The notes beneath the pieces were generated by a model, which saw nothing but the letters and a program-made list of their open reading frames with translations, made no database searches and was not told the DNA's origin. Below, piece after piece: positions 43,825-52,779 of a stretch of 64,000 bases of DNA; within the stretch, counting starts at the first letter, position 1; every line of letters begins with the position of its first letter. Both the position numbers and the translations under genes were made by a program. Location: NCBI GenBank assembly GCA_964396475.1, contig CAYNFE010000001.1:69474-133473 (forward strand). Reading direction: 5' to 3'. Source of the DNA: Candidatus Woesearchaeota archaeon (GTDB taxonomy: Archaea > Nanobdellota > Nanobdellia > Pacearchaeales > UBA284).

Positions 43825-44649
43825 ATGGATAAAAGAGGACAGGTTACTCTGTTTATTATTATTGCCATTGCCATCGTAGCTGCCGCGGTTCTGGCTGTCG
43901 TTTTCTGGCCCGCTATATCTACAATGTTTATGTCTCAACAACAAGCAGAAACTTTTTTAGCTAGCCAGGCAGAACCTTTGAGAGATTCTGTCTATGATTG
44001 TGTTTATTTCGCAAGTTATCCTGCTCTTGAAAGAATGGGTTCACAAGCAGGCTATTATGATACTACTGGCCTAGATTCATTATATTTTACTGGTTCTGAT
44101 TATGTTGTTGTCATGTTTAAAGACTCTGCAAAACAAAGAATAAACAAACTTCCAAGCAAGACACAAATAGAAGAGCAATTTTCTCTCTTTTTAGAAAGAG
44201 AGGGTTATTTTGAGATTGATGATTGTTTGAATGATTTTTCTTCTTTTAAGAGAAAAATGGATGTTGAACCCGGACAAAAAGAGATAACAGCATCAATAAA
44301 TCCTGATTTTATTGTATTAGAAGTAGATTGGCCTATAAAAATAAGCAAGCAGACAGCAAGAGCAACTGCTGAGCAGACAGTCAATCAAAGACCAGTAACT
44401 TTCCTCATACCTTTAGGAAATTTATGGTATACTGCTAATAGGATTGTTGATTGTGAAACGCAGATAGATTGTGATTATGAGGGTCTTAAATGGGATGAAG
44501 AGACATGGGATGATCCTTACACACTTCAATATGTAAGCAGAGATGCTCTAAGTATTAATGAAAATCAAATTGTCTTTTTACTTGAATCAATTCCCTCAAG
44601 AACAGGAGAATTTCCATATAAATTTAATTTTGCAATAGATAGGACATAA
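43825..44649 (+). CDS. class III signal peptide (type IV pilin-like) protein, paralog A
   Basis: The N-terminus MDKRGQVTLFIIIAIAIVAAAVLAVVFW has a charged-Gly-Gln junction plus a hydrophobic helix. Paralogous to 52772..53521. Confidence 0.65.
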   Translation: MDKRGQVTLFIIIAIAIVAAAVLAVVFWPAISTMFMSQQQAETFLASQAEPLRDSVYDCVYFASYPALERMGSQAGYYDTTGLDSLYFTGSDYVVVMFKDSAKQRINKLPSKTQIEEQFSLFLEREGYFEIDDCLNDFSSFKRKMDVEPGQKEITASINPDFIVLEVDWPIKISKQTARATAEQTVNQRPVTFLIPLGNLWYTANRIVDCETQIDCDYEGLKWDEETWDDPYTLQYVSRDALSINENQIVFLLESIPSRTGEFPYKFNFAIDRT

Positions 44650-44665
44650 AAAATAAAATAAAAAA

Positions 44666-46480
44666 ATGAAAAAAATATTTACAATACTAGTGATGATTTT
44701 GATAGTTAGTATGACATTCAGTGTATCATTGTCCTTATCTTCTAAACAAGTTGAAGCTCAGGAACAAGAGGGCTGTTGTCTTGATACAGGAACAGGACAA
44801 CAGTGTGTGAGAACAACAAGAACAGAGTGTCCAGGAAGATTTTTTACTGGTCCTCCATATGATTGTTCTAATATACCTGAATGTACTCCTCAGACATGCA
44901 TTCCAAAAAAGAAGGATGAACCTTGTCTGAGAAATAAACCAGCTGCTGAATGTAGAGCTATGGGTGGAGTTCCAGAAAATCAACCTTTAGAATCAATTCC
45001 TCAATGTAAACCAGGTTGCTGTATTATTGCAGATGGAGTGAAGGCAGAAGTCTTGCAATATAGACAGTGTGAAAATCTTACTACAGCCTTAGGTTATGAA
45101 TTAAATATGATGGAATTTAGAGATGATATAACAAGTCAGGTAGAGTGTAAGAAAGTTGGTTCTCCAAGTGATTTAGGTTGCTGTGTTTTAGGGGCAGGTT
45201 CTTGTGCTTATGGTCCAAGACGAGAGTGCCAGGAAGGAAATTTTGTGCCTTTACAGGGTGGCTATTTTTGCAGAGATGTTGCTGACTGTGCTTTAACTAC
45301 TAACTTTTATTATGATTGTGGAAAATTACCTGGAAGTGAAACAGATATTTATTGGTTTGATAGTCAAGGCAATCAAGAAGAAATGACTGAAGATGGAGAT
45401 TGTAATTATCCTGATGCTCTATGTACTAAAGACAATATTGGAAATGTTTATTGTATGAGTACTAAATGTGAAAATATCTTTTTAGAAGACCAAATCATGT
45501 CAGATCATCCACCAAAAGTTGATATTAGAACAAGAACAGTTAATCTACTTACAGGAACTAGTGTGTGTTATAATTTTTATACAGCTTATGGAGATGAGAG
45601 AATGCAAGAAAGATCAACAGGCTTGCAGAATCAGATTCTTCACTGCTCATTTGGTAAGATAGATGTTGAGGGTTTAGGCCAGGATAGAGAAAAATTATGT
45701 ACTGAGGGAGGAGATTCTCCTGCTCTAATCCATGGAACAGTCAAAGAAAATAAATGGGATGAATGCAGTAAATGCGGATCTTCAGAAGGATTATTTGGAT
45801 TTGGTAATGAGGTTGGTGATTTCTTAGGGCCAGCTTCCATAGGATTGCCAACAGGAACAATGTTTTCAAGTCTATTTGGAGATTATTGTAATAAAGATAA
45901 GTGTGAGGGATTAAATGGAAATCCTGGTTATGGTGATTGTTATTATCATGAAGATGTTGGCAAAATAGGTTTTGGAACACCTATAGGTTCTTGTGATCCA
46001 ATATATCCACCAGGACTTGCAAACAGTCAGTGTACAGATTGTGGGGGTGGAGGAGATGCAGTATGGAATCTTTGTACAGAAGCAGAGTGTTATAGTAAAG
46101 GAGACTGTCAATTCCAGCCAGCTAGCACATGGTTGAGAGCAGGAACATTCATATGGTTCGCACCAGGCCTTGCAGTTGGAGAAAGAATAAGCCAGATAAT
46201 TCCAGAATGTATTATAACCACATCTTACTGTGCAATCAACAAACTAGATCCAGCATGCTTACACTCTTCAAATTATAATATATTAAGTTGTCTAGCAGAT
46301 AGAGGAAAAGCTTATGCAATCTGGGCGCCAGTATGGATAATCAATGGCAAGCTTATGGGGGCAGCCTGGAATGCCTTAAGTGGAGAGGTAACAAATAAAA
46401 TTGTATCAGAAGGAAAGAAAGCTGTTTTTGGTGGCGGCGAACAAGGAGGAGAACAAGGCAACCAAGGAGGTAATGAATAA
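44666..46480 (+). CDS. Cys-rich secreted protein of unknown function (604 aa)
   Basis: Signal peptide, then three GCC modules (EGCCLDTGTGQQC, PGCCIIADGVKAEV, LGCCVLGAGSCAY). Many further Cys, two amphipathic/hydrophobic C-terminal segments and a Gly/Gln/Glu tail. Confidence 0.7.
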   Translation: MKKIFTILVMILIVSMTFSVSLSLSSKQVEAQEQEGCCLDTGTGQQCVRTTRTECPGRFFTGPPYDCSNIPECTPQTCIPKKKDEPCLRNKPAAECRAMGGVPENQPLESIPQCKPGCCIIADGVKAEVLQYRQCENLTTALGYELNMMEFRDDITSQVECKKVGSPSDLGCCVLGAGSCAYGPRRECQEGNFVPLQGGYFCRDVADCALTTNFYYDCGKLPGSETDIYWFDSQGNQEEMTEDGDCNYPDALCTKDNIGNVYCMSTKCENIFLEDQIMSDHPPKVDIRTRTVNLLTGTSVCYNFYTAYGDERMQERSTGLQNQILHCSFGKIDVEGLGQDREKLCTEGGDSPALIHGTVKENKWDECSKCGSSEGLFGFGNEVGDFLGPASIGLPTGTMFSSLFGDYCNKDKCEGLNGNPGYGDCYYHEDVGKIGFGTPIGSCDPIYPPGLANSQCTDCGGGGDAVWNLCTEAECYSKGDCQFQPASTWLRAGTFIWFAPGLAVGERISQIIPECIITTSYCAINKLDPACLHSSNYNILSCLADRGKAYAIWAPVWIINGKLMGAAWNALSGEVTNKIVSEGKKAVFGGGEQGGEQGNQGGNE

Positions 46481-46833
46481 TGTCAATAGGAAAATATATT
46501 GCTGTAGGATTAATAAGTGCTGTTGTAGGAACTGGTATAACATATCTTGCAACTACTTCATATTATCAAAATCAAGTCAATAATCTACAACAAGAAAATA
46601 TTGAACTAACAAAAGAGAATACTAAACTCGAAAAAAAGTATGAAGGTATGAAAAATTTATTTTTAGAATCAATATCTCTGGAAATAAAAAGTATGGAAGA
46701 AGATTTAAAAGAAGAAGATAAAAGCCAAAAATTTAGCTGGAAAGAATATGAAGAAGAAAAAGAAGCCATAAAAAAAGAAATTCAAAAAGAAATCGGACCA
46801 AATGAACTTGAGAAAAAACTGACTGAAAAATGA
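46480..46833 (+). CDS. single-pass membrane coiled-coil protein (117 aa)
   Basis: N-terminal TM (IAVGLISAVVGTGITYLA) followed by heptad-like K/E/L sequence. The start overlaps the preceding stop by 1 nt, and its stop overlaps the next start by 4 nt. Confidence 0.6.
   Translation: MSIGKYIAVGLISAVVGTGITYLATTSYYQNQVNNLQQENIELTKENTKLEKKYEGMKNLFLESISLEIKSMEEDLKEEDKSQKFSWKEYEEEKEAIKKEIQKEIGPNELEKKLTEK
46732..46781. repeat. 50-nt segment repeated at 47724-47773 (encodes FSWKEY-acidic-EAIKKE)
   Basis: tttagctggaaagaatatgaagaagaaaaagaagccataaaaaaagaaat versus tttagttggaaagaatatgatgatgaagaagaagccataaaaaaagaaat. Confidence 0.8.
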
Positions 46834-49800
46834 AAAATAAATCACTAAAAATATTTTTTGTATCAATCTTAGCATTGACTATAATCCTATCAGCTTTACC
46901 TTTGTTGAATGCACAAAAATTTGAAACAATAAGAAAGCAAGAAGACCCAATAGTTGCCAACCTTAGTTTAGCTAGACTTAATTTATACCAAGAGGACATG
47001 GAAGATGGTCGGTATAGAATTAAATGTGATATAACAGGTGCAGAGTATACTATGGATCATAAATATGAATATCAAGTTAATATTATTGTAGAGGACTTAA
47101 ATACTGGAAAAGAAAAAAGATCTACAGCAACATTAAAAAAACACAAAGGCATTTTTGATCCAGGTTGGGATACACGAACTAGATGGGAATTATTTAAAGA
47201 TCAAATGTTCTTACCAGTTACCTTAGGTATAGGAAATGCTTTACAAATAAGAAGTAGGATGGCAAATAAGGGACAGAGTTTTGGAGAAGCTATCAATCCT
47301 ATGGCAGATTTTTGGCCTACTACTAAAGGAGCATATTTAATTATAGGTCCTGAAGTTGAAAAAGCAAATATAGTTTGTAATTATTATTATAAAAAACCAG
47401 GAAGAGCGCAGGTATTTGAAGGACCAGTCTATATACTAACTACTTCATTTACCAAAACTTTAACAGGCCCTGTAGAACTATGGCAAGAACCAAAACAAGG
47501 AGATAAGGTAGCTGCTGAACTTCAAAAAATAGAAACTAAATTGATTGACATAAGAGTTTATAAAAAAATGGCAGGTGACATTGGTAGGCCAGATTTAATT
47601 CCAAGGGTAAAGGCTCTAGAAAAAAAACTTGAAGAGTACAAAACAGAACTAGAAACTAATGGGGAAAGTGCATTAGCCTCTGATGCTGGGATTACTAGTC
47701 AAGCAATAGCAATTACTGGTTACTTTAGTTGGAAAGAATATGATGATGAAGAAGAAGCCATAAAAAAAGAAATGTCAGGCACAGGAAAAGGAAGAGGCCT
47801 GGAACCACCAAGAACTACAACACCACCAAAACCAGAACCAGAATCAAATTGTGTAAAAAATGGATTAGGTTTTTGTACATTAGAAGAAAATTGTAAACCA
47901 CCTGAAAGAATTTGGAAGCTATCAAGTGATAAAGATGATTGTCCACCAAAATTCATAAATTCTGGCATGACAAGAGTAGAACAAGTTTGTTGTGCTGAGA
48001 ATAAAGATATAGAATGTTCTAGAGTTATGGGAGATTCAAGTTATGAATGTACTGATGTTAGTGGATGGGAATCAAAAATGGTAACTAATTATTGCCCTGA
48101 AAGAGGCAGAGCAACTTGCCCAGGTGATTTAAGATGTTGCAAACCCCCAACATGCGGAAGTGAAGGAGGTATTGTTGTTAAAACAAGGCCAGAAGAAATA
48201 GAAAAATGTAAGCAGCCAACAAAATCTGTTTTCAAAATAGAAGAGGGTATTTGTTGTGAGCCAAAAGAAGCTGAAAGAGAGGCTCCTAAAAAAGTAGGAA
48301 CATTAGGAAGACTTTCTGTATGTGTTGGTAAGTATTGGTTATGGGGTAAGGAAAATGACATAACTTTCTTGGAAGCTGCTAAAAAAAGTTTGAGTGAAGT
48401 TACAGGAGTTTCAGGATTACCTACTATTAATGTAGAACAATTTAAAACACTAACACCAGAACAGAAAAAGGAACAAACTGATAAATGGAAAGAACAGCTT
48501 TTCAACAAAAGAAAAGAAATCTTAGATGATGAAAAACTTAAAGATCAAGCAGAAAAAATAGCAGAAGCAGAAGATAGTCTTGAAAAAACAGGGATGATTC
48601 ACGCAATGACATGGTCTGAGATTTCCTCTAATATAATATCATGTGCTCTAGGTGCTTACAAAGCTGGAAGATTAGCTTTCCAAGGTGGCGAGAGAAGCAT
48701 GGGAAAATGTTCAGCTGAAATGCCATTGCCTGGAACAGAAGCTTGTTTGAGTTGTAATAAAGATCCTTATAGAATCTGTACTAAAGAAAGGTGTGCTATC
48801 TTAGGAACTTGCATAGCTGTTCCAACTGAAAAAGGTGACCAATATAATTGTATTCCTGGAGAGTGTGAAGAGCTTGGCCTTGTAGGAATGGAAGATGGAA
48901 TTATTGAATGGTATATTAATGGAGAAATGGCACCAGAAAGTCCAAAACAAGCTGATATTAGTCAAGGCAATATAAGGACAGACATAGGGGAGATTCCTTT
49001 CAATACAAAGATGATAATAGTTAATTTGACAACTGACAAGCCAGCTCAGTGTAGATGGATTTTAGATGAAAGGGGAGCTGAGTTTGAAAATATGGAAGAG
49101 TTTGAAGATAATTATTATCCTATGTTACCAGGAGGAATTCCAGGATGGCAGTATGCTGGAATAATGTTGCCAGGTGATGTTGCTAGAGATGAAGAACATA
49201 GAATATTTATCAAGTGTAATAATGCTTGTAATATTGCGCATGGAGCAAGCTATGATCAAAATTATATAGAATTCAAATTAGCAAAGAAACCAGATCAATT
49301 ACCTCCAATAATAGTACATATTGATCCTCCAAACCATGCTGTCATAAATGGCGACTGGAAAAACCTGACTGTTAGTTTCTGGCTTGATGAGCTTGGTAAT
49401 TGTAAATATAGTGATAAGTCAATGAATTACACAATCACTTATGAAGAGATGAAGTACTTTAATGAGAAACCAAATGAAAACTCTAGTGTTATTTTCGGGA
49501 GATGCTATCCGGATGAATGCATTCACTTGACTGGAGCTCAATGTACTCACTGTGAACTTGAATTAGACTTGAGCAAAGGTTATGAAGAATTAAACTGGAC
49601 TGAAATGCCTCCAGAAATGCAAGAACAGCTAGAAGAATCGTTGTCTAATATAACAAAATTATTTAATTTCATGATAAGATGTGAGGATACTGCTCATAAT
49701 ATAATGATTGAAGATGACACTTTAGATTATATCTTTATGACAATGCCTGGCTATAACATCAGTGTGATAAGGCCAGAGATGGATGAAAGAACTTATGACA

Positions 49801-50366
49801 GGCAGCCAGAGATAGAAGTAACAAGCGAGCCAAGAGTGACAGAATGTAAATACAAGACTTATCAGGGTCATGGTCCTAAAACCCCTCCAGCATGGGATGA
49901 GATGTATTATATAGATGAATATATGGATATAGTGCATTATGGCAAACATAATGAAACACTTAATGCAACAAAAACAGGAATGCTTCATACATTATGGGCT
50001 AGATGCAGTGATAAATGGGCTATTGAGGCTATAAATTTCACTAAATTCTATACTATATTAGATGAAGATTCTCCAATAATCATAAGAATGTATCATGATA
50101 CTACAGTAGGAGATTATCTACTTATTGAGACAGATGAAAATTCAACTTGTGTTTATGGAACAAGCTCTAGTATTGCATGTAATTATAATTTCACTGAGGG
50201 AACAACAATGACAGGAAACAATGAAACAATACATGCAACTTATTGGCAGCTTGATCATCTCTATTATATCAAATGTGTAGATGAATGGGAGAATTATCCT
50301 GGCAGAGCTCCTGAAGCTAACGCATGTACAGCAATAATAAATCCTTACGAAGTTCCTCCACTATAA
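46830..50366 (+). CDS. giant Cys-rich secreted protein of unknown function (1178 aa)
   Basis: Signal peptide (IFFVSILALTIILSALPLLNA) and a coiled-coil segment, then the linker PPRTTTPPKPEPES. Six-Cys-like modules and a CxxC..CT...C module precede a long C-terminal region. No TM anchor. Confidence 0.75.
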   Translation: MKNKSLKIFFVSILALTIILSALPLLNAQKFETIRKQEDPIVANLSLARLNLYQEDMEDGRYRIKCDITGAEYTMDHKYEYQVNIIVEDLNTGKEKRSTATLKKHKGIFDPGWDTRTRWELFKDQMFLPVTLGIGNALQIRSRMANKGQSFGEAINPMADFWPTTKGAYLIIGPEVEKANIVCNYYYKKPGRAQVFEGPVYILTTSFTKTLTGPVELWQEPKQGDKVAAELQKIETKLIDIRVYKKMAGDIGRPDLIPRVKALEKKLEEYKTELETNGESALASDAGITSQAIAITGYFSWKEYDDEEEAIKKEMSGTGKGRGLEPPRTTTPPKPEPESNCVKNGLGFCTLEENCKPPERIWKLSSDKDDCPPKFINSGMTRVEQVCCAENKDIECSRVMGDSSYECTDVSGWESKMVTNYCPERGRATCPGDLRCCKPPTCGSEGGIVVKTRPEEIEKCKQPTKSVFKIEEGICCEPKEAEREAPKKVGTLGRLSVCVGKYWLWGKENDITFLEAAKKSLSEVTGVSGLPTINVEQFKTLTPEQKKEQTDKWKEQLFNKRKEILDDEKLKDQAEKIAEAEDSLEKTGMIHAMTWSEISSNIISCALGAYKAGRLAFQGGERSMGKCSAEMPLPGTEACLSCNKDPYRICTKERCAILGTCIAVPTEKGDQYNCIPGECEELGLVGMEDGIIEWYINGEMAPESPKQADISQGNIRTDIGEIPFNTKMIIVNLTTDKPAQCRWILDERGAEFENMEEFEDNYYPMLPGGIPGWQYAGIMLPGDVARDEEHRIFIKCNNACNIAHGASYDQNYIEFKLAKKPDQLPPIIVHIDPPNHAVINGDWKNLTVSFWLDELGNCKYSDKSMNYTITYEEMKYFNEKPNENSSVIFGRCYPDECIHLTGAQCTHCELELDLSKGYEELNWTEMPPEMQEQLEESLSNITKLFNFMIRCEDTAHNIMIEDDTLDYIFMTMPGYNISVIRPEMDERTYDRQPEIEVTSEPRVTECKYKTYQGHGPKTPPAWDEMYYIDEYMDIVHYGKHNETLNATKTGMLHTLWARCSDKWAIEAINFTKFYTILDEDSPIIIRMYHDTTVGDYLLIETDENSTCVYGTSSSIACNYNFTEGTTMTGNNETIHATYWQLDHLYYIKCVDEWENYPGRAPEANACTAIINPYEVPPL

Positions 50367-50395
50367 GATTTCTTTAATTTATTTTAGAATTGGAA

Positions 50396-50502
50396 TGGGG
50401 CCAGAGGGACTCGAACCCCCGACTGACGGTATCTCCGTTAGGGTTGATAAGGGATGTGCCCTTATTCTGGAGCCGCCTGTTTTACCATTGAACTATGGCC
50501 CC
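50396..50502 (-). tRNA. tRNA-Trp (anticodon CCA) with a 36-nt intron
   Basis: Acceptor GGGGCCA/UGGCCCC, anticodon stem GGCGG/CCGUC with loop CUCCAG^intron^A, T-arm GGGGG-UUCGAGU-CCCUC. 107 nt precursor, 71 nt mature. Confidence 0.85.
50431..50466 (-). other. tRNA-Trp intron at canonical 37/38 position
   Basis: Intron AAUAAGGGCACAUCCCUUAUCAACCCUAACGGAGAU. Its 3' GGAG can pair with CUCC of the anticodon loop to form a 4-bp helix flanked by 3-nt bulges (AGA and AUA), which is BHB-like. It has an internal hairpin AUAAGGG/CCCUUAU. Confidence 0.7.
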
Positions 50503-50525
50503 TGATAATATGCTCAAGAATAAGT

Positions 50526-50535
50526 TATTTTAAAA
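50526..50535 (-). promoter_or_regulatory. TATA-box-like element upstream of tRNA-Trp
   Basis: TTTTAAAATA on the minus strand, 24-33 nt upstream of the tRNA 5' end and immediately after the hjc stop. Confidence 0.35.
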
Positions 50536-50540
50536 CCTTA

Positions 50541-50927
50541 TCATCTGACGAATCTCTCAAAACTTTTTCCTCTTCTTTTTATGTCATCAAATGAGATTGC
50601 AAGTCCTTTTCCTGTCTTATCTAATTTGTCTGGATGAATAAACCACCAACCTTTTCTAAGAAACTTGATTGCAAGAATAGGATTTAAACCAAAATTTTTA
50701 GCAAACTTGATTAGCTCTGATATTTGTTCTTTTCTTAGATATTTTTTATTATTGCTTGAAATTTTAACTTCAACAGCATACTTCTTTTTACCGTTTCCAG
50801 CAAACAAATCACAGTTAGTTTCAGAAATCATGCCGCTTCCAGCTACTCTTGCAACAGAAAAACCCTGCTGACTTAATAAATGAAGCAATTCTCGTTCAGC
50901 ATCACTTCCTCTTTTCTTGTTTGCCAT
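50541..50927 (-). CDS. hjc: Holliday junction resolvase Hjc
   Basis: KRGSDAERELLHLLSQQGFSVARVAGSG...CDLFAGNGKKKYAVEVK...ILAIKFLRKGWWF matches archaeal Hjc with its catalytic E..D..E.K. Confidence 0.85.
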   Translation of the reverse strand: MANKKRGSDAERELLHLLSQQGFSVARVAGSGMISETNCDLFAGNGKKKYAVEVKISSNNKKYLRKEQISELIKFAKNFGLNPILAIKFLRKGWWFIHPDKLDKTGKGLAISFDDIKRRGKSFERFVR

Positions 50928-50928
50928 T

Positions 50929-52779
50929 TTATATATGTAGGGTTGGAAGTTCAGGGTATTCTTTTTCTTCTTTTACTTTATCTAAACATTCTTGGTTTAT
51001 TATCCCTTTGTAATGTTTTAAAATATCTTGAGAAAATTTATAATCAAAAACATCTCTACAAGAAAGATAAATAAATTCTGCAGTAAAAGCCCAACCTTCA
51101 ACAGCTTCTACTCTATGTCCAACTCGTATTGTATAATCTTTTTCAGAATTAAGATATCTAGAATAATGTTTTTGTAATATTTCATTTATTTTTTTACCAG
51201 GTTCAGAAGTATTAAGAAAAAAAGAAATATCTTTATCAAAATCATCTTTTTTTTCTTTATTAATATAATTGAACCATATTGCATGTCCTCCTTCATGAGT
51301 TGAAACATCAAAAAGAGTATGATGTCCTATTTCTTTTACACGATTTGCACCACTACTTATACCATATTCGTCATTTGATACTACAATTTTATCCTGTTCA
51401 ATATCATAAAATCCCTTTCCTAATGTAATATCTGAAATTTCAATTTTTTCTGGTATTGTATTTCTCGCTTCTTTTAAATAAAAAAAATCTAATTCTTCCA
51501 TAGCTTTTTTTGTAATTCCTTTATTTAAATCAACAATAGTAACAGGATATTTTTTATCTTCTTCTTTCCATACTGTTTTTCCTCTTTGGTCTATATCTAA
51601 ATATTTTCCCCTGCTAACCTCTATTTTTTTAATTTCAAAAAGATTCTCAGTGTTGCTTTCTATATTTATTTTTGGTTTTCCATTTTCAAAAATAACTCTT
51701 TGACCATTGTAATCTATCTCAACATTTGAAGTATCACTGATTGCAATTTTATCATTAAGGGCAATAGCATTTAAATTTCCCTTTTCAAATATATTATTAA
51801 ATTTCAGAATTTCTCTCTCAGGATTGATGGTTTCTTCAAAAATAAATAAATTTTCCCCATTTATTATTAAATCACCTTCTAGATAACTTATAGTTCCTTT
51901 TTTCAATAAAAAGTCATTGTTAAATTTTTCTTCACCAACACTATTCCATAAAACTTCACCATCAACAATAGCATCTCCAATTTTAATATCTTCAAGGTTT
52001 ATTTTTAAAACATATCCTAAAACATCATCTTTTTCTAATCTTATTTTAATTGGTTTATCACTCTTTATTTTTTTTGAATTCAACATAATTTCTTTACCTG
52101 CTTCAATAGTTATATCTCCTGTTCTAATATTTACAATAGTTGTATTGAGAAATTTTATATTTGAATTATAAATTCTCAGCTGTGGATCATCATAGTCTTC
52201 CACAGGATAAAATTTTAATGTTCCTCTTATTTTAGAGAAATTACACCAATCACAATAAAAATAAGTACTATCCTTATTAGTTACAATTTTTATAGGGGCT
52301 TCTTCCCATGCGTCTCTAAAATCCCCTCCACCTATCCATTTTGGTTGTAGTTTATTCAAGGTATCTAAATTTTCTAAATAAAAAGAAGGCTCATCCAATT
52401 CTCCAGAAAAAAATACCTTTTTGTTATCAATATCATATCTGCATCCTTCTTTTGTAGCTATACTAATTTTTTCATTAATTAATATAGTTTTCCCTCTGAA
52501 AGACGAACTCATTTTAATGTTATTTATATTTCTACCATTTTCTAAAATAAATTTAATATCAGCAATGGTTGATATCTCTCCATCAATCATTCTTACTTCA
52601 AGTATGCCATCTTCTCTCATGTTGGCTTTTTCAATATTGCCTTTGAGTATATAATTGTATATTTTCTCTCCATTAGAAAAATCTCCATCATTCAAAATAT
52701 CTGCTTTAACATCATACATAGAAACAAATATAAAAATAAAAAATAATACAAAAAAAATTATTTTTAGATATTTATTCAT
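50929..52779 (-). CDS. secreted protein with single HExxH motif (putative zinc metallopeptidase)
   Basis: 616 aa with an N-terminal signal/TM (IIFFVLFFIFIFVSM). A long beta-rich N-terminal part precedes C-terminal FDVSTHEGGHAIWFNY and a downstream EAVEGWAFTAE. Confidence 0.5.
   Translation of the reverse strand: MNKYLKIIFFVLFFIFIFVSMYDVKADILNDGDFSNGEKIYNYILKGNIEKANMREDGILEVRMIDGEISTIADIKFILENGRNINNIKMSSSFRGKTILINEKISIATKEGCRYDIDNKKVFFSGELDEPSFYLENLDTLNKLQPKWIGGGDFRDAWEEAPIKIVTNKDSTYFYCDWCNFSKIRGTLKFYPVEDYDDPQLRIYNSNIKFLNTTIVNIRTGDITIEAGKEIMLNSKKIKSDKPIKIRLEKDDVLGYVLKINLEDIKIGDAIVDGEVLWNSVGEEKFNNDFLLKKGTISYLEGDLIINGENLFIFEETINPEREILKFNNIFEKGNLNAIALNDKIAISDTSNVEIDYNGQRVIFENGKPKINIESNTENLFEIKKIEVSRGKYLDIDQRGKTVWKEEDKKYPVTIVDLNKGITKKAMEELDFFYLKEARNTIPEKIEISDITLGKGFYDIEQDKIVVSNDEYGISSGANRVKEIGHHTLFDVSTHEGGHAIWFNYINKEKKDDFDKDISFFLNTSEPGKKINEILQKHYSRYLNSEKDYTIRVGHRVEAVEGWAFTAEFIYLSCRDVFDYKFSQDILKHYKGIINQECLDKVKEEKEYPELPTLHI

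Noticed and set aside
48089-48508. 139 aa minus-strand ORF inside the 1178 aa gene (similarly 44735..44983, 45640..46111, 47720..47968, 49722..49988)
   Set aside because: These are antisense to long uninterrupted ORFs that have signal peptides and conserved Cys modules. There is no independent support.
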